Of a stretch of DNA of 64,000 nucleotides, positions 1-8,624 are shown piece by piece. The stretch is from Marispirochaeta sp. (GTDB lineage: Bacteria; Spirochaetota; Spirochaetia; JC444; Marispirochaetaceae): the NCBI GenBank assembly GCA_963676835.2, contig CAXXFF010000002.1:704001-768000 (forward strand), read 5' to 3'. The first letter of the stretch is position 1, and each line of letters starts with the position of its first letter. Under the pieces are notes generated by a model, which saw only the letters and a list, made by a program, of their open reading frames with translations, did no database searches and was not told the DNA's origin. A program made the position numbers and the translations under genes.

Positions 1-471
1 CACAGGCACGGCTACAACGATTTAGGACCACGGTTCAGGCAGAGAGGCTTGAGAATGACCATTCCCCGCCAGGTTATCCTCGAATCTCTCGATGATTTTG
101 ACGGTTTTGCCTCTGCGGAGGATATTTTCATGCGGGTCCATAACGATCATCCCGGCATCGGGTTGGCAACAATATACCGGACCCTGATTCTGCTCACAGA
201 AATGGGCCTTGTCAGCAAAATAGACCCCGGCGACGGAAAAGCCCGTTATCAGCTGCGGGAAGAAGAGCGCGAAGAAGCACCTCACCAGCATCTGCTTATC
301 TGCTCCAGCTGTTACAGGGTTATCAAGTACTCCGATTTTTCGGATGAAGAACGGCAGACCCTCCACTCCATAGAAAAACGTCTCGAAGAACTCCACGATT
401 TCTCCATTCAGCGGCATGCGGTTCACTATTATGGAATCTGTCCCCAGTGCAGAGGCCGGAAAAATAGATAA
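1..471 (+). CDS. Fur-family transcriptional regulator (5' end probably outside window)
   Basis: Frame is open from base 1. Motifs GLRMTIPRQVIL, IGLATIYRTL (HTH), HQHLLICSSC and HYYGICPQC (two CxxC zinc sites) are typical of Fur/Zur/PerR. Confidence 0.9.
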   Translation, partial: HRHGYNDLGPRFRQRGLRMTIPRQVILESLDDFDGFASAEDIFMRVHNDHPGIGLATIYRTLILLTEMGLVSKIDPGDGKARYQLREEEREEAPHQHLLICSSCYRVIKYSDFSDEERQTLHSIEKRLEELHDFSIQRHAVHYYGICPQCRGRKNR

Positions 472-564
472 CCGCTCTAAAAAATATACTTTTTTTTCTA
501 AAACCTTGCGGGCGCCTACAAAATTGACAATCCTTTATACAGGCGCTCCAAGGGAAACTCCAGC

Positions 565-627
565 AAAGGCGAAACCATATAAAGGCGAAACCATATAAAG
601 GTGAAACCATATAAAGGGGAACCATAA
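565..627 (+). repeat. 16-bp tandem repeat AAAGG(C/T)GAAACCATAT, 3 full copies plus 1 degenerate, upstream of cheW
   Basis: Units read directly at 565-580, 581-596, 597-612 and 613-627 (aaaggggaaccataa). A weaker copy lies at about 550-564. Confidence 0.9.
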
Positions 628-652
628 AAACTGAATCAGGCGGAGGTAAAAT

Positions 653-1186
653 ATGGCAGATGAAAAATTCAGTAAAAGTGCAGATGACGAACTATTGCTT
701 GTGGATGACGAGGATGAATCGTATCAGGAGAACAAGTATCTTCTTTTTAATATAGGCAATGAAATGTACGGTATCAATATAATGATTGTTACCGATATCA
801 TTGAGCTTCAGAAAATTACAGAAGTGCCGGATATGCCTGAATATATAAAAGGGGTAATCAACCTTCGGGGAAAGGTTATCCCTGTTATGGACCTGCGCCT
901 GCGGTTCGGTATGGAGTTCCGAGAATATGACGACCGTACCTGTATTATCATTGTAAATGTGGAAAGCACCTCCATTGGTTTTATTGTCGATACGGTATCT
1001 GAGGTTAAAGACATCTTTGAAAGTGAAATAGATCCGCCGCCTAACTTCAAAAAGCAGGCTACCCGTGACCGGTATATTTCCGGACTGGGAAAGGTGGATG
1101 ACGAAGTAAAAATTCTGCTTGATGTAGGCAAAATCCTGGATCAGGACAGCGGTCTCGAACTTGAAAAACTTTCAAAGGAGCAGTAG
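653..1186 (+). CDS. cheW: Chemotaxis coupling protein CheW
   Basis: ITEVPDMPEYIKGVINLRGKVIPVMDLRLRFG and IGFIVDTVSEV motifs; GGAGG RBS upstream. Confidence 0.95.
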   Translation: MADEKFSKSADDELLLVDDEDESYQENKYLLFNIGNEMYGINIMIVTDIIELQKITEVPDMPEYIKGVINLRGKVIPVMDLRLRFGMEFREYDDRTCIIIVNVESTSIGFIVDTVSEVKDIFESEIDPPPNFKKQATRDRYISGLGKVDDEVKILLDVGKILDQDSGLELEKLSKEQ

Positions 1187-1188
1187 TA

Positions 1189-3438
1189 ATGTTTAAAAAT
1201 ATGAAAATGGCTATGAAGATGTTTGTCGGATTCGGCAGCATTCTTCTTTTAGTGATCATCGCTGTTCTTATTATCCTTTTTAATGTAAATACCATTCGTA
1301 ACGATGCCTCTGCCTTGAATGATGAGTTTGTTCCGGAAATCCGGATTGCCAACGATGTTGAGCGGAACTCCCTTATGACCATGTACGCCATGCGGGGATA
1401 CTCGCAAACCTTTCAGGAGAGTTTCTGGAAGGATGCATCGACAAATCTGGAGCAGGTTTTCGCTTCTCTGGGCGATGCCGAGGCTCTGGCAGCTAGAGCC
1501 ATACACCTCACCAAACTGAGTGCAGGGGTGGCAACCGCAAAAGAACATGCCGGGGAGTACGAGGCCCTTGCAAAAGAGACGAACAGTGTTATAGCCGGTA
1601 TAGAAACCCAGCGGGGTGTTCTTGATGCAGCCGCCGCAGAGTATATGGCAAGCTGCCATGATTTTCTGGCAGGACAGAATACCAGAATGGAGAATGAGAT
1701 AGCCGCAGGTGTATCCAGCGCAGCTCTTGCTCAACGTCATTCAAAAATTACCCTGATGAACCAGATTATCAGTACCGGAAACGATACCCGGATTAAGAAC
1801 TTCCGGGGACAGCTGGAAACCGATCCTGCCCTGATGAATCAGGGAATTGCCAATTTTGATGCCATAGATAAGTACCTTGCAGAGATCCGCACCATCACTT
1901 TCCAGGCTGCGGATATTGAGGAACTGAATCATATTCAGGATGCTGGCGATACCTATAAGCGGGGAATGCAGAGTATTCGTGACAGCTACCTGAAGCTTCA
2001 GGAACTCAACGGGAAAAGAAATACAGCAGCTGATCAGGTGCTGGAAGCATCCAGAAATGTGGCCATGGCAGGTCTCGATGCAACCGAAGAGCGTACCGGG
2101 GATTCGCTTGCCCTTGTTCAGGCAACTTTTATAACCCTGGTGATCGGAATAATTGCGGTATTAGTGGTTTCCACCCTTATTGCGCTGCTGCTTACCAGAA
2201 TGATAACCACTGCTCTGAGTAAGGGCGTTCTCTTTGCAGGTCAGATTGCCCGGGGAGACCTTGATGCGACCCTCGATGTCTACCAGCGTGATGAAATAGG
2301 ACAGTTAGCTGATGCCCTGCGGGAAATGCTTAAATCCCTGCAGTACAAGGCGGAAATGATTGGCCGTTTTGCCGCCGGAGATTTCAGCCAGAAGGTTCAG
2401 CTTGCCAGCAGTGAGGATGGTCTGGGTAAATCCCTGGAAACAATGCGTTCATCATTGAACGATCTGTTAGGTCAGGTAAATATTGCCATAGATCAGGTTA
2501 CCTCCGGTGCCGATCAGGTTTCACAGGCGAGTCAGTCCCTCTCTCAGGGAGCAACAGAACAGGCAAGTTCGCTGGAGGAGATCTCCTCCTCTATCAATGA
2601 GGTAAACGGACAGTCACAGCAGAATGCCAAGAACTCCCTCGAAGCAAATGCTCTGGCAAAACAGGCTACCGAGAATGCCGAAAATGGTAATTCCCAGATG
2701 CAGGGCCTTGTGGTTGCCATGGGAGAGATCAACTCCGCATCGGATGAGATTAAAAAGATTGTTAAGATTATTGACGATATTGCCTTTCAGATTAACCTGC
2801 TGGCCCTGAACGCCAACGTTGAGGCTGCCCGGGCCGGTAAATACGGCCGCGGATTTGCCGTTGTGGCTGAAGAGGTTCGTAATCTTGCCGCCCGCAGTGC
2901 CGAGGCGGTAAAGGATACCACTGCGCGGGTGGATGAGTCGGTACGCAGCATAGAAACAGGAAACAAGGCAGCCGAGGCTACGGCAATACAGCTTGAAGAT
3001 ATTGTCAGCGGTGTCGGCAAGGTTGCGACCTTCCTTGAAGAGATTGCCCAGGCAAGCCGTGAGCAGGCTCAGGCGGTCAGCCAGATTACCGAAGGTCTTG
3101 ATCAGATTGACCAGGTAACCCAGGCCAATACCGCCAGTGCTGAAGAAAGTGCCTCAGCCTCTGAGGAACTTGCCTCCCAGGCGCAGCATCTGCAGCAGAT
3201 GATTTCCCAGTTTACTCTGGAAGTACGGTCAGTTCGGCAGATTGCAGCACCTCAGCCGGCGTCTTCGGCATCACATAGAAAGCCTGTTGCACCTGCGCCA
3301 TCCCGTTCTGCTGCACCGGTGAAAAAGCAGCCGAAATCTGATTACGAGTTTTATCCGGATCAGGAAGAGACCGGTATTACCCCGGTTGATCCTGAAGAGG
3401 TCATCAAGCTTGATGATGATGATTTCGACCGTTTCTAA
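1189..3438 (+). CDS. Methyl-accepting chemotaxis protein (2 TM, helical periplasmic sensor, HAMP, signalling domain)
   Basis: IAFQINLLALNANVEAARAGKYGRGFAVVAEEVRNLA hairpin tip; C-terminal DFDRF CheR/CheB-type pentapeptide. Confidence 0.95.
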   Translation: MFKNMKMAMKMFVGFGSILLLVIIAVLIILFNVNTIRNDASALNDEFVPEIRIANDVERNSLMTMYAMRGYSQTFQESFWKDASTNLEQVFASLGDAEALAARAIHLTKLSAGVATAKEHAGEYEALAKETNSVIAGIETQRGVLDAAAAEYMASCHDFLAGQNTRMENEIAAGVSSAALAQRHSKITLMNQIISTGNDTRIKNFRGQLETDPALMNQGIANFDAIDKYLAEIRTITFQAADIEELNHIQDAGDTYKRGMQSIRDSYLKLQELNGKRNTAADQVLEASRNVAMAGLDATEERTGDSLALVQATFITLVIGIIAVLVVSTLIALLLTRMITTALSKGVLFAGQIARGDLDATLDVYQRDEIGQLADALREMLKSLQYKAEMIGRFAAGDFSQKVQLASSEDGLGKSLETMRSSLNDLLGQVNIAIDQVTSGADQVSQASQSLSQGATEQASSLEEISSSINEVNGQSQQNAKNSLEANALAKQATENAENGNSQMQGLVVAMGEINSASDEIKKIVKIIDDIAFQINLLALNANVEAARAGKYGRGFAVVAEEVRNLAARSAEAVKDTTARVDESVRSIETGNKAAEATAIQLEDIVSGVGKVATFLEEIAQASREQAQAVSQITEGLDQIDQVTQANTASAEESASASEELASQAQHLQQMISQFTLEVRSVRQIAAPQPASSASHRKPVAPAPSRSAAPVKKQPKSDYEFYPDQEETGITPVDPEEVIKLDDDDFDRF

Positions 3439-3455
3439 TGTTTGAATAGCAGAAT

Positions 3456-3488
3456 TATACCCCGCTAACCGGCGGGGTATAGTTTATT
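3456..3488 (+). terminator. Probable intrinsic terminator after cheW-MCP
   Basis: TATACCCCGC-taaccg-GCGGGGTATA hairpin followed by T-rich sequence. Confidence 0.7.
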
Positions 3489-3606
3489 GTGAATGTGAAT
3501 GTCTACAAAATCATACGGTTATTTCTGCTATTCGGGATTATTAGGCAGAGGCTTTTTGTAAGTCGCTCTGTAGCAAAGAATTACTGTTCCTGAAATTTCC
3601 TGTTTT

Positions 3607-4293
3607 TTGTTGGTACGCTTATTGCATGTAAAGAAACAGATACTTAATAATACAGGTATAAATAGAGTGCAGAGCAGACGGATTTTGGCTTTTCCAACTT
3701 ATTATTTTCAGTCAGTTTCAGACACGGTTCGCGGCGAAGTTGTGCGCAAGAGTATCCACATGATGGTTTCTCTTGTCCCGCTGTTTGCCTCGTATAATAA
3801 AACTCTTACCCTTGGTCTGCTTGCTCTTGGTACCCTTGTCTACACCTACGCGGAATTCATGCGCTGCAAAGGTCAGCAGATTTCGTTTATTTCCCGCATA
3901 ACTGCTATGGCCTCCAGGGATAAGGAACTTGGACACTTTGTTCTCGGTCCTGTGACTCTTGGTATCGGTGCAATGATGGCTCTGCTGCTGTATCCCGCCG
4001 AAGCTGCGGCTATCGGTATCTATGCCCTTGCCTTCGGTGACGGTGTTGCAAGTCTTGTGGGCCGTCTTTTCGGGAAGGTGCGCATTCCGGGAACCGGCGG
4101 AAAAACCATAATCGGCAGTCTCGCCTGCCTTACTGCGATTTATATCAGTACCTTTGCTGTTTGCGGTAACCTTGGTGTTTCTCTGGCAGTGGCCTTTATT
4201 GCAACTGCAGTTGAGATGGTTCCCCTTAAAGATTTTGATAATATTCTGATGCCCCTTTCTGCGGGCACTGCATTTCTTTTTCTTACGGTCTGA
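3607..4293 (+). CDS. Dolichol/phytol kinase-like (CTP-dependent polyprenol/diacylglycerol kinase) membrane protein; start uncertain
   Basis: EVVRKSIH, LAFGDGVASLVGRLFG, GKTIIGS and DFDNILMP motifs of the SEC59/VTE5 family. Confidence 0.8.
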   Translation: MLVRLLHVKKQILNNTGINRVQSRRILAFPTYYFQSVSDTVRGEVVRKSIHMMVSLVPLFASYNKTLTLGLLALGTLVYTYAEFMRCKGQQISFISRITAMASRDKELGHFVLGPVTLGIGAMMALLLYPAEAAAIGIYALAFGDGVASLVGRLFGKVRIPGTGGKTIIGSLACLTAIYISTFAVCGNLGVSLAVAFIATAVEMVPLKDFDNILMPLSAGTAFLFLTV

Positions 4294-4347
4294 TTTTTCT
4301 TATCATATGGAAAAGGGTAGTTTCTGGACTACTCCGTATTCTCTGTT

Positions 4348-5157
4348 CTAAATCCAGAGATACACTTCGTGGGTGCGGTGGCTGAAGATCACTGTCCCGA
4401 TACAAACCAGTCCAAAACCGGCGGCCCTGTACCAGATGCCCTCTCCTCTCAAAGAGAGTTCAAAACCGGAGATCAGCATCAGAGATGCCAGGGCAAGCCA
4501 CAGATAATCCCGGTTGTTGTTTCGTATCCATGCAATAATAAAATTAATCACACTTAAAGACTGGATAGTCAGCATTACCAGCATGATGTTGAATATATTC
4601 AGCATGTAAATTCCTGCTCCGGATTTAAGCACCGACTCTGTTACCGGCATGGTTGATGCCAGGGTAAAGGCGGTGAGCAGGATTATCCCGAAGGCTATGG
4701 AAAGTTTCTGATACTGCATGCCGTTGGCGAAAAGTCCTGCAGTAAAGATTGAGAAAAGCCCTAAAAAGCGGGAGAAGTAGAGGGAACGCACAACAAAGGT
4801 TGTGAAAAACGGTGGAAGTGAAAGTACCTCTGCTGTGGCAGGAAGTATCCTGATCCCCTCCATTCCGAGGGACAGAATAAATATGAGAAAAAAGAAGATC
4901 TCCGGTGATGCAGTCTTGCGAAACTGTACATACATGGTAAGCACCGTTATAAGGGAAAGAACCTGAAGGAGAAGCATGAAAAGAATATCGCCGTTATTAT
5001 CCAGGGCGGGCTGGATCAACATTCCAGGATTTACCGGTATCTGGTGAAACTGGAACAGACTGAAAGTATTGTAGAGCCCTGCGGCGAACAGTACCAGCAG
5101 AACCAGGTTTATGGCGGCACCGGAAATAAGTATGGCGTTTCTCAGACTTAAGGTCAT
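4348..5157 (-). CDS. Hypothetical multi-pass membrane protein
   Basis: 269-aa ORF with about 7 hydrophobic segments; no recognised motif. Confidence 0.7.
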   Translation of the reverse strand: MTLSLRNAILISGAAINLVLLVLFAAGLYNTFSLFQFHQIPVNPGMLIQPALDNNGDILFMLLLQVLSLITVLTMYVQFRKTASPEIFFFLIFILSLGMEGIRILPATAEVLSLPPFFTTFVVRSLYFSRFLGLFSIFTAGLFANGMQYQKLSIAFGIILLTAFTLASTMPVTESVLKSGAGIYMLNIFNIMLVMLTIQSLSVINFIIAWIRNNNRDYLWLALASLMLISGFELSLRGEGIWYRAAGFGLVCIGTVIFSHRTHEVYLWI

Positions 5158-5262
5158 AGAAGTATTGTGACGAAAAAAAGCAGTGGGATCAATCGTAAAT
5201 AATAATTGAAACTCTCAACTTTTCCTGTTTTCGTTCGATACTGATAGAAGGAGGCACCGGAA

Positions 5263-5967
5263 ATGGTAAAACGGGGTTGTATTATAGTAATGCTGATACT
5301 CGGGATGCTCGGCACCCTGTCAGCTGGTGATGTCGCAACCTATGTCAATTTAGGATTCTCCGTAGATTCGCAGTACTTTCTCTTTGGTTATTACGGGATT
5401 GATGATAAAAACTCAAATCCCTATGCAGAGATGTATCTGGTAGATGTACATAAGAATGCTTTTGTTCCCGGCGGTGAAATGCGGGGGATATACCCGGTTG
5501 AGGTGTCCGCAGGCCAGAATGGCTCCGGGGCGCTGTATACCCTGTTTGCGGAAAATATAGAGAAGATCAAGCAGCATGGTATAGATCATCTTCGTTCAGG
5601 AAGAATTGTGTATCTCCTGGTAAACGGTGCAGAACCGAAAAGCCATCTGGAGTTTCGTGATTTTATGCGCGATTCAAAGGCCTCGGTGGACCTGGTGCAG
5701 AACGCCAGGGAATCGGGGGGAAAGATCAGCTCGGCATTTCATCTGAAGCTGAAACTTACCGCAGCAGATGGTTCTGAACGGGATTTTACTGTAGGCCTGC
5801 CGGATTATTACCGCCAGAATGTAGGCAGCTACCGCATAAAGCAGGTTTGTTATACGCCGGATGAAAAAAGCCTGGTATTTGTAATTGAAAAGAAGGTTAT
5901 TATTCCCGGAGAAGAAGGCGGCGGTTCAGATATCCGCTATATGGTGGAGACTGTAAAAATCCGCTGA
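5263..5967 (+). CDS. Secreted protein, DUF2259-like
   Basis: Signal peptide then GDVATYVNLGFSVDSQYFLFGYYG...PYAEMYLVDVHKNAFV; AGGAGG RBS. Confidence 0.7.
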   Translation: MVKRGCIIVMLILGMLGTLSAGDVATYVNLGFSVDSQYFLFGYYGIDDKNSNPYAEMYLVDVHKNAFVPGGEMRGIYPVEVSAGQNGSGALYTLFAENIEKIKQHGIDHLRSGRIVYLLVNGAEPKSHLEFRDFMRDSKASVDLVQNARESGGKISSAFHLKLKLTAADGSERDFTVGLPDYYRQNVGSYRIKQVCYTPDEKSLVFVIEKKVIIPGEEGGGSDIRYMVETVKIR

Positions 5968-6008
5968 TTTGCCCGGCGCGGAGTGGTATACTGTTTGAGG
6001 ATTAAGAG

Positions 6009-6668
6009 ATGAAAAACTCCGCTTTTCTTTCAGCTTTTCTACTCATGTTTGTTCTTTCCGGGGCACTCTTCGCAATTGAGTTTTCATCCCTGGATGTACA
6101 TTCGGGAATGCTGTATCAGTTTGACGTGGCTGCAGAGGATGAATCAACAGGTGCGCCGGATCCTCTGCTGACTCCCCTTGGTATAGGTACCACTTTTGCT
6201 CTTAAGGACAACATCAGTTTTGATCCCACCCTGTTTATCTACGGTATGAACTACGGTTTTCAGACCTGGGACCGTCCCCGTCCTGCACAGATCGAACAGC
6301 GGGAGATGTATGTAATCAGCCTGCTGATTGATCCCGCCTTTGCCTTTACCTACCCTTTGACTCCGGCAATAGACTGGGGTTTTCTGCTCTCTCCGGCAAT
6401 GATTTTCAGAATTCCTCTCTTTCCCGCAGAAGGGGAAGATCCGGCCTATGGCGAAATGATGAGCTATTTTATCGGCCCCGGACGTTTTCTGTATCCCGGA
6501 GCAGGAGCGTTTCTGGATATAGAAATAAACAAGTTGTTATCTTTCCGGCCGGCTCTCCGGGGCTACCTGCCTGTATTCCATCTCTGGGATGGAGATCCCT
6601 TTCTGGACCAGCTGACCCTGGTGCTGGATCTTGGTTTCAGATTCAACCTGACTAAACGTAATCCTTGA
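6009..6668 (+). CDS. Exported hypothetical protein, possibly an outer-membrane beta-barrel
   Basis: Signal peptide, alternating hydrophobic strands, and a C-terminal LDLGFRFNL strand. Confidence 0.6.
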   Translation: MKNSAFLSAFLLMFVLSGALFAIEFSSLDVHSGMLYQFDVAAEDESTGAPDPLLTPLGIGTTFALKDNISFDPTLFIYGMNYGFQTWDRPRPAQIEQREMYVISLLIDPAFAFTYPLTPAIDWGFLLSPAMIFRIPLFPAEGEDPAYGEMMSYFIGPGRFLYPGAGAFLDIEINKLLSFRPALRGYLPVFHLWDGDPFLDQLTLVLDLGFRFNLTKRNP

Positions 6669-7875
6669 GAAAAATCGGATGCTGCTGATCCTCCTGTCTG
6701 GCAACCAGCAGGGCGGAGAAGGCGGCACTTACCGTATCCAGCAGAACCCCGTAACTGATGAGCAGGGGCATAACGGGACGCATAATAAGGTATCCCTCTT
6801 CTATCCCCCTGCCGTACATTCCGCAGAGAACTGCCAGTCCGATAAAAACAGCAGAGCCCGGGAAGGGAGCTGTAATAAAGGAAACCAGAAACGAAAAGAG
6901 AAATACCCAGAAGACTGCGGAGATAGTGATCCCCAGGGAAGAGTAGGATTTGAGAATAACCACAAAGGCAACGCTTGTTACCAGAGCACTTCCTGCCTTA
7001 CCGAACATTGCAAAGAGCGGGAAGACTACCGACCCGACTTTGCGGGAAATGCCAAGGTTCTCTCTTCCGTGATGGATAAGACTTGAGAGGGTAAAGTTGA
7101 TATCTCCGGAAACGACCGCCGCCAGAAGGGGGGTGATCATTCCATAAAGCCAGCGGTAGGGATTTTCCCGGTTGGTGAGAAAGTAGATAAGCAGTGGAAA
7201 AATACCAAAGATAATAAGTACCGTGTCGATGGTGAGAACCAGGAGCAGCTGCCCGAATAGTTCGAACTCGGGGATACTGCCGATGGTAAAGAAAAGATTT
7301 GCCGTAAGAATGATCATACCCAGACCGAGAATTTCTACCATAAACTTGTTCCCGTGGTAGAAGACCCTGGCCAGAGAATCAAAAAACTGCACCACCGGAC
7401 GGCTGATTGAACGGTCAAAGGTAAAGTTAAGGCCTAAAAAGAAGCCGAGAAAAGCGAGGGGCAGGAGAAAATTTCCGGGACCGGTGAGGACGGTAAAGAC
7501 ATTTCGGGGAAAAACGGAAAAAAGTATTTCCGAGAGCCCGGGGATAGAGTATGGGGACTCCTGCTCTATGATTATGGGGATTCTGTCCGGTGAAAGAAGC
7601 ACAACGGAAGCAATGCCGATCAGGGTGAGTAGCAGGCTTGAGGCCAGGAGATAGAGAAGACCCCGTCCGAGAACCCGGAGGGTAAGATTTTCCTTGCGCA
7701 GCTCAAATACAGCAACAGCCAGTGAGAAAAAGAGCAGGGGTATTATGACGTAATACCCTATATTTATTACCAGAGGAGCGAGAGAGCTTAAAAATTCCGC
7801 ACCTCCCCGGGGAAGATTTGTTCCAAGGATTCCACCGATGATAGCTCCGAGAAGTACTTTTATCCAGATTTTCAT
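6652..7875 (-). CDS. Dicarboxylate/amino acid:cation (DAACS) symporter family protein
   Basis: 407 aa, multi-TM, with WIKVLLGAIIG, SVFPRNVF and GISRKVGSVVFPL segments resembling a divergent SDF family member. Confidence 0.75.
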   Translation of the reverse strand: MKIWIKVLLGAIIGGILGTNLPRGGAEFLSSLAPLVINIGYYVIIPLLFFSLAVAVFELRKENLTLRVLGRGLLYLLASSLLLTLIGIASVVLLSPDRIPIIIEQESPYSIPGLSEILFSVFPRNVFTVLTGPGNFLLPLAFLGFFLGLNFTFDRSISRPVVQFFDSLARVFYHGNKFMVEILGLGMIILTANLFFTIGSIPEFELFGQLLLVLTIDTVLIIFGIFPLLIYFLTNRENPYRWLYGMITPLLAAVVSGDINFTLSSLIHHGRENLGISRKVGSVVFPLFAMFGKAGSALVTSVAFVVILKSYSSLGITISAVFWVFLFSFLVSFITAPFPGSAVFIGLAVLCGMYGRGIEEGYLIMRPVMPLLISYGVLLDTVSAAFSALLVARQEDQQHPIFLKDYV

Positions 7876-7923
7876 TCTATTAAGCCCCTAATTGTAGTGT
7901 CGTATGAAAGCAGTCTTTCGCTG

Positions 7924-8571
7924 CTATCTGGTGAAATATGAGAGGAGTCCTCCCTTGTCTGCCGGACGGTGCCAGCGGCCCCAGGTTTTTGCATCTGCCT
8001 GGGAAGAAAACACAGTAACAAGTTCCTGGTAGAACTCTTCTCCTGCCTCCCGATGATCCTCATAACCCCTTATACGGATATTGCTGTCGCCGTATACCTG
8101 AAACAGGGCGCTGCCCATCTGCCGGACTGCTCCTTCCACTGCAGCCTCAAGGGATGGCCGTACAGTGGCAGGGTATCCTGCAAGAATGAGGGTAAGCTCC
8201 CCAGTGTTGTTGGTGTCATAATGGGCAAGTATTTCCTTGCAGATAAACATGGATCCCCTGAGGGCGGTATCGATGTGGATATCAATTATGGAACCGGGGA
8301 CCTGGTGCAGAGGCCGGGATTCTTCGCCGTGTTCTACCAGAAGATAGGTTTCATCCAGGATTATTCCTTCATTTTCCAGAGTAAGCAGTACATTCCGAGC
8401 GGAAATCGGTGAGCGGGGATTCCACGGCAGATGCCGGTATCCTTCCGCCTCTTCTGTTTCTTCCTCAACTGCAGGGGAGGCCAGAAACAGGGTGTCTCCC
8501 CGGTCAAGAAAGTAATTCAAAAGTACCGAAGGAAATGGATTCCGTCGTGAAATCAGAAGCGTTCTACCCAT
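7924..8571 (-). CDS. Hypothetical protein, possibly a degenerate SDR/Rossmann-like fold
   Basis: 215-aa ORF in a run of minus-strand genes; SDR-like layout without the GxxxGxG and YxxxK motifs. Confidence 0.55.
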   Translation of the reverse strand: MGRTLLISRRNPFPSVLLNYFLDRGDTLFLASPAVEEETEEAEGYRHLPWNPRSPISARNVLLTLENEGIILDETYLLVEHGEESRPLHQVPGSIIDIHIDTALRGSMFICKEILAHYDTNNTGELTLILAGYPATVRPSLEAAVEGAVRQMGSALFQVYGDSNIRIRGYEDHREAGEEFYQELVTVFSSQADAKTWGRWHRPADKGGLLSYFTR

Positions 8572-8624
8572 AGATAAGGATAGTATCGCCTCTCACCTGC
8601 TCTGACAAGGTTTAGTATCCAAAT

